Both the position numbers and the translations under genes were made by a program. The notes beneath the pieces were generated by a model. It was not told where the DNA came from and did not search any database. It was given only the letters and a program-made list of their open reading frames with translations. A stretch of 64,000 nt of DNA from Candidatus Peregrinibacteria bacterium (GTDB lineage Bacteria > Patescibacteriota > Gracilibacteria > UBA1369 > LOWO2-01-FULL-3). Of this stretch, positions 56,264 to 64,000 are shown in pieces. Numbering within the stretch: the first letter of the stretch is position 1; each line of letters starts with the position of its first letter. The stretch covers positions 8,838 through 72,837 of the forward strand of contig JAUUZY010000002.1 in assembly GCA_030592015.1 (NCBI GenBank), written 5' to 3'.

Positions 56264-56857
56264 TTATCCTTTTCTTATAGTTATTAATCCGCCGTTAGGA
56301 CCAGGTACTGCTCCACTTAGGCAAATGATATGTTGTTTTGGGTCTAATAATGCAATTTTTACTTTTTCCACAGTTACCTGCTCATTTCCCATTCTTCCAG
56401 GTAGCTTTTTTCCTTTTGCTACCCTTCCTGGTTTCGTACAGGCTCCTATTGAACCTGGTTCTCTGTGATGATGCGAACCATGCGTTTCCGGACCTCTGGA
56501 GAAGTTGTGTCTCTTGATTACTCCCTGAAATCCTTTACCTTTTGAAATCGCTGTTATCTTCACCATCTCTGTTTCTGACTCTTGAAAGCTTTCTAATGTA
56601 ACTTTGTCACCCTTCTTATACTTGTCTGCTTCTTCTGCTGTTATTTTGAACTCTCTTTGATGTCTGAATTTTTTCGTCTTCTTCTCGTTGATTAACTTAG
56701 AAAAGCCTAGGACTATCGCCGGATATCCATCTTTCTCAACTGTCTTTACCTGTGTAACCTCATTAGGTTCACATTTTACTACAGTTACTGGGATCACGCG
56801 ACCATCGTCTTGTATAAGGCGAGTCATTCCTATTTTTGTGCCAAGTATTCCTGACAT
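56264..56857 (-). CDS. rplC: 50S ribosomal protein L3
   Basis: MSGILGTKIGMTRL...; GKGFQGVIKRHNF. Confidence 0.96.
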   Translation of the reverse strand: MSGILGTKIGMTRLIQDDGRVIPVTVVKCEPNEVTQVKTVEKDGYPAIVLGFSKLINEKKTKKFRHQREFKITAEEADKYKKGDKVTLESFQESETEMVKITAISKGKGFQGVIKRHNFSRGPETHGSHHHREPGSIGACTKPGRVAKGKKLPGRMGNEQVTVEKVKIALLDPKQHIICLSGAVPGPNGGLITIRKG

Positions 56858-56951
56858 TGTTTGTAGAGGTTAAATGCTTTTTGCATCTCTTGAGAAGATT
56901 GTTGGCCAACCCGTTCAAGATTTTTAACTTGCTTTCGTCAAATGCCGCTAA

Positions 56952-56980
56952 AATATACAGATGGGAGCTTGGGTAGTCAA
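56952..56980 (-). promoter_or_regulatory. Sigma70-like promoter ahead of rplC
   Basis: Minus strand reads TTGACT, a 17-nt spacer (acccaagctcccatctg), then TATATT, about 95 nt upstream of the rplC ATG. The leader has a TCTTGA/TCAAGA hairpin around a TTGGCCAA palindrome. Confidence 0.5.
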
Positions 56981-57009
56981 TAGGTTTTTTTCCCTTTATT
57001 AAAGTGACT

Positions 57010-57984
57010 TTAGATGAGTCCTAAAGTCTTTCCTATGAAGGCTACGTAAAGGATCAATAATGTAATTCCTTCCCACTGAGAGATTTCTTTATCCATGGTG
57101 ACAAAAACATATAGGATTGTCACAAATAGTAATGCCGGAATTGTGAAGCTTATCATTTCTGCCGGTATATATATGTTTCCAAAAAGGGCAGGAATCCCCA
57201 TAACTCCTAATGCATTAAATATATTGGATCCAGTTACGTTTCCTATGGCTATGTCTGCTTTTCCTTTTCTTGCCGCTACTATTGAGGTTGCAAGTTCCGG
57301 TAGGGAAGTACCTATGGCTATGGCTGTAACTGCTATTATGTCTTGTCCTACTTTAAATATTATTGAAAGTTGTGTGACTGATTCTATAGTATAGCTGGCA
57401 CCGATACTGATAAATATTCCTGAAATGACTAGGTATACTGGATATTTGAATCCAAGGTGTTCTTTTTTAACTTTCTTTTTCTCTTCCACTTTGTGTTCCT
57501 TGATTTCTTTTGTTTCTTTTGGGTCTACCTTACGTTTTGATTTTGTGTTGTATAGGATGTACGTGAGCAATGTCAAAAGGCACAATGTGCCGTCAATGTA
57601 AGTAAATTTCCCATCCAGTGTTGTGAGGAATAGGAGAATTGTACTTCCTAATAATATAGGTAGGTCTATATTGATTATGTCTTTATCTACAACCAATTTC
57701 TTTCCCACGATTGCTGCAATCCCCAGTACTAATAGGATGTTAGCCATGTTTGATCCGACTACATTTCCTATTACTATTTCTGACTTGTGCTGCATTACCG
57801 CTATTATCGATGTTGCCAGTTCCGGTAGGGAAGTACCCAGAGCTACTATTGTAACTCCGATTATGAATGGTGGTATCTTAAAATGTAGACCGACTTTTTC
57901 TGCTGTATTAGTGAAAACGTCAGCTGCTTTTATAAGCAATGCGAGTGATGCTATAAATGCTGCAATCCAATATAAAATATCCAT
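57010..57984 (-). CDS. CaCA-family Ca2+/Na+ (cation) antiporter (YrbG-like)
   Basis: 324 aa. Two alpha-repeats carry GTSLPELATSI (both halves), and GNVVGSNMANILLVLG / GNVTGSNIFNALGVMG. A charged central loop separates them. Confidence 0.9.
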   Translation of the reverse strand: MDILYWIAAFIASLALLIKAADVFTNTAEKVGLHFKIPPFIIGVTIVALGTSLPELATSIIAVMQHKSEIVIGNVVGSNMANILLVLGIAAIVGKKLVVDKDIINIDLPILLGSTILLFLTTLDGKFTYIDGTLCLLTLLTYILYNTKSKRKVDPKETKEIKEHKVEEKKKVKKEHLGFKYPVYLVISGIFISIGASYTIESVTQLSIIFKVGQDIIAVTAIAIGTSLPELATSIVAARKGKADIAIGNVTGSNIFNALGVMGIPALFGNIYIPAEMISFTIPALLFVTILYVFVTMDKEISQWEGITLLILYVAFIGKTLGLI

Positions 57985-58026
57985 AGGGTTTTAAATGAGT
58001 TCGTGATAAAGCCATTATAGCCTTAT

Positions 58027-58353
58027 TTACTTTTGTTGCAACATCTTGATCTCTATTTCTACTCCTGCCGGAAGGCTTAAGTTTGAAAGAGATTCGATTG
58101 TTTTTGATGTAGTTTCTGTAATGTCTATTAGTCTTGAATGAGTTCTCATTTCGAATTGTTCTCTAGATGTTTTGTGAACGAATGTAGACTTGTTCACTGT
58201 GAACTTCTCGATTTTAGTTGGTAGGGGAATAGGTCCGGCAATTAGTGCTCCTGTTCTTTCAGCTGTCTCGATAATAAGCTTTGCTGTTTCGTCGATTACT
58301 TTGTGATCGAATGATTTGATTTTGATTCTGATCATTTGACTGTTTGCTGCCAT
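58027..58353 (-). CDS. rpsJ: 30S ribosomal protein S10
   Basis: IRIKIKSFDHKVIDETAKLIIETAERTGA. Confidence 0.96.
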   Translation of the reverse strand: MAANSQMIRIKIKSFDHKVIDETAKLIIETAERTGALIAGPIPLPTKIEKFTVNKSTFVHKTSREQFEMRTHSRLIDITETTSKTIESLSNLSLPAGVEIEIKMLQQK

Positions 58354-58370
58354 AGTGGGGGTGGGTTAAT

Positions 58371-58444
58371 TAAAAAATACCGGGTTTGGCCGCCCGGCAT
58401 ACTTTGGAAATTTAATTCTCCGGGCTGTCCCGCTTTGTTGCGGG
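58371..58444 (-). promoter_or_regulatory. Structured S10-operon leader with terminator/antiterminator-like alternative hairpins
   Basis: Minus strand: cccgc-aacaaa-gcggg (58444-58429). gcccgg (58425-58420) can pair with ccgggc (58397-58392). ccggg...cccgg (58397-58380) followed by tatttttt forms a terminator-like hairpin 18-45 nt before the rpsJ ATG. The two latter helices share 58393-58397 and are therefore mutually exclusive. Confidence 0.45.
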
Positions 58445-58481
58445 TGAGTTCCTAAAAGCAGGAAATCAATTTTGTAAGGGA

Positions 58482-58510
58482 TTTATATAGGTTTGGGATT
58501 CTATTGTCAA
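58482..58510 (-). promoter_or_regulatory. Sigma70-like promoter for rpsJ
   Basis: Minus strand reads TTGACA, a 17-nt spacer (atagaatcccaaaccta), then TATAAA. Confidence 0.5.
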
Positions 58511-58520
58511 TATATTGCAT

Positions 58521-58550
58521 AAAAAAAGGCCTTCCTTTCGGAAGACCTTT
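58521..58550 (-). terminator. Rho-independent terminator after tuf
   Basis: Minus strand reads aaaggtcttcc-gaaa-ggaaggcct followed by T7. The stem is 9 bp with one mismatch and a GAAA loop. Confidence 0.8.
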
Positions 58551-58573
58551 CTATTTTGTGTTTCTTTCTTCTC

Positions 58574-59767
58574 TTAGTCCTTAATCTTTGCAACTACTCC
58601 GGATCCTACTGTTCTACCACCTTCACGGATAGCGAAACGAGTTCCTTCTTCCAAAGCGATTGGGCATCCCAATACAACGTCCATGTGAACGTTATCACCA
58701 GGCATTACCATTTCTACGTCAGCTGGAAGTTCGATTGAACCTGTTACGTCTGTAGTTCGGATGTAGAACTGAGGTTTGTATCCTTTGAAGAAAGGTGTAT
58801 GTCTTCCTCCTTCGTCTTTTGTAAGGATATAAACTTCCGCTTCGAATTTTGTGTGAGGCTTGATAGTTCCTGGCTTAGCCATAACTTGTCCTCTTTCGAT
58901 TTCTTCTCTTTCGATACCTCTTAGTAGAATACCTACGTTGTCACCAGCTTCACCTCTGTCTAGAGTTTTCTTGAACATTTCAACTCCGGTAACTATGATT
59001 TTTCTAGTGTCTTTTATCCCAACGATTTCAATTTCGTCATTTACGTTAACGATACCTTGGTCGATTCTTCCAGTTGCAACAGTACCTCTTCCCTTAATAG
59101 AGAATACATCTTCTACCGGCATCAAGAATGGTTTGTCCAATTCTCTTTCAGGTTGTGGGATGTATGTATCTAGAGCTTCAAGAAGTTCTACGATAGGTTT
59201 GATTGCTTCTTCGTCGTCTGGATTTTCTACAGCTTTTAGAGCTGAACCTTTAATAATAGGTGTGTCGTCTCCTGGGTATTCATATTTGTTCAAAAGATCA
59301 CGAACTTCCATTTCTGACAGTTCTGCGATTTCCGGATCCGCCATGTCCATCTTGTTTAGGAAAACAATGATGTATGGAACGTTTACCTGTCTAGCCAAAA
59401 GGATATGCTCACGTGTCTGTGGCATTGGTCCGTCTGCAGCAGATACTACCAATATAGCACCGTCCATTTGAGCGGCACCTGTAATCATGTTCTTTACGTA
59501 ATCGGCATGTCCTGGACAATCTACATGTGCGTAATGTCTTTTATCTGTTTCGTACTCTTGGTGTGAAGTAGCAATAGTGATACCTCTTTCTTTTTCTTCC
59601 GGTGCATTATCAATTTGGTCGTATGAAACTCCCTTATTTGATCCTCCGAATTTTTTTGCTGCTACCATTGTGATTGCAGCTGTAAGTGTTGTTTTACCAT
59701 GGTCTACGTGCCCAATGGTTCCCACGTTTACATGTGGTTTACTTCTATCAAATACTCCATCAGCCAT
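58574..59767 (-). CDS. tuf: Elongation factor Tu
   Basis: [22 protein letters not shown]. Confidence 0.98.
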   Translation of the reverse strand: MADGVFDRSKPHVNVGTIGHVDHGKTTLTAAITMVAAKKFGGSNKGVSYDQIDNAPEEKERGITIATSHQEYETDKRHYAHVDCPGHADYVKNMITGAAQMDGAILVVSAADGPMPQTREHILLARQVNVPYIIVFLNKMDMADPEIAELSEMEVRDLLNKYEYPGDDTPIIKGSALKAVENPDDEEAIKPIVELLEALDTYIPQPERELDKPFLMPVEDVFSIKGRGTVATGRIDQGIVNVNDEIEIVGIKDTRKIIVTGVEMFKKTLDRGEAGDNVGILLRGIEREEIERGQVMAKPGTIKPHTKFEAEVYILTKDEGGRHTPFFKGYKPQFYIRTTDVTGSIELPADVEMVMPGDNVHMDVVLGCPIALEEGTRFAIREGGRTVGSGVVAKIKD

Positions 59768-59881
59768 ATTAGTTTTGTTTAAATGTTAAATACGAATATG
59801 TAATGTGTGCTTTCTTGCAAAGCGCAGTGAATGCTATATCAATTTTTTTCTTAATGCAAGATGTTTTCGGACAATTTTTCC

Positions 59882-61975
59882 CTAAGCTGCCGACCTCTTT
59901 GAGATGATCTCTTCGGCTACGTTATTAGGTACTTTTTGGTATTTTCCGAATTCCATTGTGTAGTTTCCACGTCCTTGTGTCATTGACCTTAGATCTGTTG
60001 CATAACCGAACATTTCCGCCAGAGGAATCTCTGATTTGATGAATTTGATTAGTCCACGATCTCCACTTTCCAATATCTGACCACGTCTTGAGCTTATATT
60101 TCCCATAACGTCACCGAAGTAATCTTCAGGAACTGTAACTTCTACTTCCATAATTGGCTCTAGAAGTACTGGGTTCCCTTGTTTTACTGCATTTTGAAAA
60201 CACATTGATCCTGCGATTTTGAATGCCATTTCTGATGAATCTACGTCATGGTAACTTCCATCAATAAGTTCAGCTTTGATGTCTACTACCGGATATCCAG
60301 CGATGATTCCTTTTGACATAGCTTCTTGTATACCCTTATCAACAGCAGGGATATATTCTCGTGGAATTTTTCCTCCTACTATTGAATTTATGAATTCGTA
60401 ATCTTTTCCTGAGTCCTGAGGTCCTACCTTTAGTACAACGTGACCGAATTGTCCACGACCACCAGTCTGCTTTGCATACTTTTCTTCCATTTTTACTTCA
60501 GTGGTGATTGTTTCTCTGTATGCAACCTGTGGCGCACCTATGTTTGCCTCAACCTTGAACTCTCTTTTCATTCTGTCTACTAATACATCCAAGTGAAGTT
60601 CTCCCATACCTGCGATTATTGTCTGTCCTGTCTCTTCGTCTGAATTAACACGGAATGTTGGGTCTTCTTCTGCAAGTTTTTGTAGTGCTAGTCCCATTTT
60701 TTCCTGATCGGCCTTTGTTTTTGGCTCTACCGCGATACGGATTACAGGTTCTGGGAATGTAATTGATTCCAAAAGGATTGGATTGCTTACATCACATAGA
60801 GTGTTTCCTGTTGTTGTTTTCTTTAGTCCTACGATTGCGGCTATGTCACCTGCTTGTACGCTTTTGATTTCTTCTCTTGAATTTGCGTGCATTTGGATCA
60901 AACGTCCGATTCTTTCTTTGTTTCCTGTGCTTGCATTTATTATATAGCTTCCTGATTCAAGTGTTCCTGAATATACACGGAAGTAACAAAGGCTACCTAC
61001 GAAAGGATCAGTTGCGATTTTGAAGGCTAGTGCTGAGAATGGTTCGTCGTTGTTTGGCTTTCTTTCTTCTTCGGCTTCTGTTTTTGGATTTGTTCCTTTT
61101 ATAGATGGAACATCAAGTGGGCTTGGTAAATATTGACATACTGCATCCAGTAGCAATTGAGCTCCTATGTTTTGTAGGGCAGACCCTGAAAGCACAGGGT
61201 ATATTTTCCCTGTTATAGTTGCAGACCTGATTCCTTTCTTTATTTCTTCTATACTTATTTCTTGGTCTTCTAAGAATTTCACTGTTAGGGCTTCATCGTG
61301 TTCAGATATTCTTTCTACCATTATTGCTCTATATTCTTCGATTTTGTTATTCATGTCTTCTGGTACAGGTATTTCTTTTACGTCTTCTCCCATTTTCCCT
61401 TCAAATGTATATGCTTTTCTTTCAACAAGGTCTACGACTCCTGATAATTCACCTTCACATCCTATAGGAAGCTGAATAGCAACTGCGTCCGGAGTTAATC
61501 TTTTGTGAATACTCTCTAAACTCATATAGAAGTCTGCTCCCATTTTGTCCATCTTGTTTATGAAGGCAATCCGTGGAACGTTATATTTGTCCGCTTGTCT
61601 CCATACTGTTTCTGATTGTGGTTCTACTCCCATAGCTCCATCGAATACAGCTACACCTCCATCAAGTACACGAAGTGAACGTTCTACTTCTACAGTGAAG
61701 TCTACGTGTCCCGGTGTATCTATGATGTTGATTCTGTATTTTTGGCTTGGATCATATGTTAGTGCCCAAGAACAAGTTGTTGCAGCTGAAGTAATTGTTA
61801 TGCCTCTTTCTTTCTCTTGTTCCATCCAGTCCATTTGTGATTCTCCTTTGTGAGTTTCACCAATCTTATGTGTTTTACCTGTGTAGTAAAGTATTCGTTC
61901 TGTTACTGTTGTTTTTCCTGCATCAATATGGGCAATAATTCCAATATTCCGTAGGTAGTTTAAATCTTCAGCCAT
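59882..61975 (-). CDS. fusA: Elongation factor G
   Basis: [28 protein letters not shown]. 697 aa. Confidence 0.98.
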   Translation of the reverse strand: MAEDLNYLRNIGIIAHIDAGKTTVTERILYYTGKTHKIGETHKGESQMDWMEQEKERGITITSAATTCSWALTYDPSQKYRINIIDTPGHVDFTVEVERSLRVLDGGVAVFDGAMGVEPQSETVWRQADKYNVPRIAFINKMDKMGADFYMSLESIHKRLTPDAVAIQLPIGCEGELSGVVDLVERKAYTFEGKMGEDVKEIPVPEDMNNKIEEYRAIMVERISEHDEALTVKFLEDQEISIEEIKKGIRSATITGKIYPVLSGSALQNIGAQLLLDAVCQYLPSPLDVPSIKGTNPKTEAEEERKPNNDEPFSALAFKIATDPFVGSLCYFRVYSGTLESGSYIINASTGNKERIGRLIQMHANSREEIKSVQAGDIAAIVGLKKTTTGNTLCDVSNPILLESITFPEPVIRIAVEPKTKADQEKMGLALQKLAEEDPTFRVNSDEETGQTIIAGMGELHLDVLVDRMKREFKVEANIGAPQVAYRETITTEVKMEEKYAKQTGGRGQFGHVVLKVGPQDSGKDYEFINSIVGGKIPREYIPAVDKGIQEAMSKGIIAGYPVVDIKAELIDGSYHDVDSSEMAFKIAGSMCFQNAVKQGNPVLLEPIMEVEVTVPEDYFGDVMGNISSRRGQILESGDRGLIKFIKSEIPLAEMFGYATDLRSMTQGRGNYTMEFGKYQKVPNNVAEEIISKRSAA

Positions 61976-62073
61976 TTTATTTAGTTAAGATAAATTAATG
62001 CGATTCATTTAAAAAAACGCTCCGGTATTATAGGGTCTGTACTCTGGAAGTCAAGAGAGTGAATTGCGTAAAA

Positions 62074-62529
62074 TTAGTACCTTGCAAAGTGGGCAAATGC
62101 CTTATTTGCTTGCGCCATTTTGTGAGTGTCTTCTTTCTTTTTTACTGCTATTCCTTGTTCGTTTGAAGCATCGATTAGTTCGTTTGCCAGCTTTTGAGCC
62201 ATTCCTGAACCTTTTTTGTCTCTTGCTGCACCGATTAACCATCTGAATGCAAGAGTTACTTGTCGATTTGGTTTTACTTCTCTTGGCACTTGATAAACCG
62301 CTCCACCTATTCTTTTAGCTTTAACCTCTAGTTTTGGCTTTACGTTATCTATTGCTTGTTTGAAGATTTTTTCTGAGTCTTCTGAAGTTTTCTTCTTTAT
62401 GATTTTGAAAGTTTCACTAAAAATCCTTCTTGCAGTTGATTTCTTACCATCATTCATTATGTAGTTAATGAATTTTTCTTGTAGTGGTGATGAATTCTCT
62501 GGTAGTTGATTTTTAGTATTACTTTTCAT
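62074..62529 (-). CDS. rpsG: 30S ribosomal protein S7
   Basis: 151 aa. KAKRIGGAVYQVPREV ... AHFARY. Confidence 0.96.
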   Translation of the reverse strand: MKSNTKNQLPENSSPLQEKFINYIMNDGKKSTARRIFSETFKIIKKKTSEDSEKIFKQAIDNVKPKLEVKAKRIGGAVYQVPREVKPNRQVTLAFRWLIGAARDKKGSGMAQKLANELIDASNEQGIAVKKKEDTHKMAQANKAFAHFARY

Positions 62530-62546
62530 TGTAAATTAATTGTTAT

Positions 62547-62954
62547 TTAAGCTTTTTTAGCTCCGTATTTAGATCTTCCCTGTTTTCGGTTTTGAACTCC
62601 CTGTGTATCCAAGTTTCCACGGATTATGTGGTAACGTACACCCGGTAGATCTTTTACTCTACCTCCACGGATTAGTACAACTGAATGTTCTTGTAGGTTG
62701 TGTCCTTCTCCGGGAATGTATGCATTTACTTCCAGTCCGTTTGTAAGTCTTACTCTTGCCACTTTTCTTAACGCTGAATTTGGTTTTTTAGGCGTCATCG
62801 TTGTTACTCTTGTGCAAACTCCACGTTTTTGTGGGCATCTTATAGCTACGGTTCTGTTCTTAATCGTATTGAAAGTAACTTGTAAAGCCGGTGACTTTCC
62901 TTTCTTTTTTAGTTTCCTTCTTTCCTTTCTGATCAATTGATTAATTGTTGGCAT
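62547..62954 (-). CDS. rpsL: 30S ribosomal protein S12
   Basis: [10 protein letters not shown]...; [17 protein letters not shown]. Confidence 0.97.
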   Translation of the reverse strand: MPTINQLIRKERRKLKKKGKSPALQVTFNTIKNRTVAIRCPQKRGVCTRVTTMTPKKPNSALRKVARVRLTNGLEVNAYIPGEGHNLQEHSVVLIRGGRVKDLPGVRYHIIRGNLDTQGVQNRKQGRSKYGAKKA

Positions 62955-63025
62955 ATAAACTTATTAAATCTGGATTTGTTGCTTGCCCAATCTATACGAA
63001 CTTATATTGAATTGCAAGTTCTAAT

Positions 63026-64000
63026 CTAGATTACGGGTAATTGTTTTTCGTAGTCTGATTCTTTCTCTTCAACTTCTTCTTCCTCTCCTGTGCGTGGAGT
63101 GTCTTTTTTGCTGATTAAATCAGGGTGTAATTTTTTGTATGTATCTCCTGCAGGAATCAATTTTCCGATAATTACGTTTTCTTTTAATCCTACAAGGTGA
63201 TCTACCCTGTTAGTTGTTGATGCTTCTACCAGTACTCTTATTGTTTCCTGGAATGATGCAGCAGATAACCAACTGTCTGTGTACAAAGCTATTCTTGTTA
63301 GTCCAAGTAATAATCTTTCCCCCTTAGCCTTTTGTTTCTTTTTTAGCCCATCATTTGTTTTGTTGAACTTTATGATGTCTACAATTTCTCCAGGCAGGAA
63401 TGGACTTTCTCCGCTTTCAAGTATTCGTACTTTTGAAAGCATTTGTTTTGCAATGATCTCAACGTGTTTATCATTGATACTTTGTCCTTGAGAGACATAA
63501 ATTGTTTGAACTTCGCTCACGATATATTTCTCTACTGTATAAATGTCTGTTAGTGACATTAGTTCTTTTAGGTCTAGGTGTCCGTTTGTAATAGGTTCTC
63601 CTTTTTTTATGGTGTCACCGGTTTTTATGATTACAGATCTTCCTTGAGGAATTGTGTAAACTTTTGTGACATTTCCTATACTTCGAGTTGTAATTGTTTG
63701 ACCTTCGATTTTTAGGATTTTCCCTTCATCAATGGCTTTTACTGATCCTTTATGGTTGTCTGACTTTGCTATTACCATCTTTGGTTTTACTTCGTCTCCA
63801 ATTTTCACTGATGCCTTGAAATCTGCAAGTAGTTCATAACTTGTATCGATTGGTTCGAATGAAGTTATGCTTACTTCTGTAACTTTTCCTTTTTGATGGA
63901 TTTTTGTTTTTCCATCAATTTGAGAAATAATTGCAGCTTTTTTTGGAGTACGTGCTTCGAATAGTTCTTCTACACGTGATAGACCCTGCGTGATATCACC
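63026..64000 (-). CDS. rpoC: DNA-directed RNA polymerase subunit beta' (C-terminal part; gene continues beyond the window end)
   Basis: The frame stays open upstream of the track's internal GTG start. My translation from 64000 begins GDITQGLSRVEELFEARTPKKAAIISQIDGK..., a conserved beta' block. The C-terminus is an acidic tail. Confidence 0.93.
   Translation of the reverse strand, partial: GDITQGLSRVEELFEARTPKKAAIISQIDGKTKIHQKGKVTEVSITSFEPIDTSYELLADFKASVKIGDEVKPKMVIAKSDNHKGSVKAIDEGKILKIEGQTITTRSIGNVTKVYTIPQGRSVIIKTGDTIKKGEPITNGHLDLKELMSLTDIYTVEKYIVSEVQTIYVSQGQSINDKHVEIIAKQMLSKVRILESGESPFLPGEIVDIIKFNKTNDGLKKKQKAKGERLLLGLTRIALYTDSWLSAASFQETIRVLVEASTTNRVDHLVGLKENVIIGKLIPAGDTYKKLHPDLISKKDTPRTGEEEEVEEKESDYEKQLPVI

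Noticed and set aside
58860-59471. Long antisense ORFs in the track: 203 aa opposite tuf, 39901..40446 opposite the P-type ATPase, 32130..32699 opposite pyrD, 29920..30357 opposite pyrB, and many 60-130-aa ones.
   Set aside because: All lie fully inside well-supported conserved genes on the other strand. Their translations are low-complexity (S/L/F/I-rich). They are typical shadow ORFs of AT-rich coding sequence.
63851-63860. GGTTCGAAT T-loop-like strings (also near 9531) as hints of tRNA genes.
   Set aside because: Both lie inside well-supported coding regions (rpoC and CotH). Neither has a flanking acceptor or anticodon stem complementarity.

Overview
The window is AT-rich (about 32% G+C by spot counts), very compact and mostly housekeeping. 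Many genes abut or overlap, including convergent genes that share stop codons.

Layout from left to right:
- 1-8857: a surface-glycan cluster. It holds a GT-C membrane glycosyltransferase (partial), a Pro/Thr-rich membrane protein, GT4 glycosyltransferases, a Wzm/Wzt-type ABC exporter and a coiled-coil methyltransferase.
- 8849-13023: a CotH kinase-like / CYTH lipoprotein / VTC-domain / DUF4956 cluster.
- 13020-22187: a nine-gene V/A-type ATPase operon (H-I-K-E-C-F-A-B-D) with a trailing GtrA-like gene.
- 22334-24670: a DnaQ-exonuclease/DinG-like fusion.
- 24751-25925: a 1.2-kb GC-rich island on the opposite strand. It contains a structured RNA candidate and an acidic orphan ORF.
- 25943-35110: a split pyrimidine de novo cluster (carA, pyrC, pyrB, pyrD, pyrK, pyrE, pyrF).
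- 35107-41096: rsmA, a DUF167 gene, a degenerate P-type ATPase paralog, trmD and a real P-type cation ATPase.
- 41170-64000: the rplM-rpsI, alpha, spc, S10 and str ribosomal operons, ending in the 3' part of rpoC.

Taxonomic inference:
- L30 (rpmD) is absent.
- Host genes I inspected lack Shine-Dalgarno sequences.
- Several ribosomal proteins carry low-complexity extensions.
- The standard code is used, with TGA as stop.
- Together these suggest an uncultivated small-genome bacterium (CPR/Patescibacteria-like, possibly Peregrinibacteria-like). This is inference only.

I saw no CRISPR array, tRNA, rRNA, transposase or integrase.

The items I rank highest for follow-up are the GC-rich island and the CotH/CYTH/VTC/DUF4956 cluster. 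After those come the catalytically dead P-type ATPase paralog and the Ca2+/Na+ antiporter gene that splits rpsJ from rplC.
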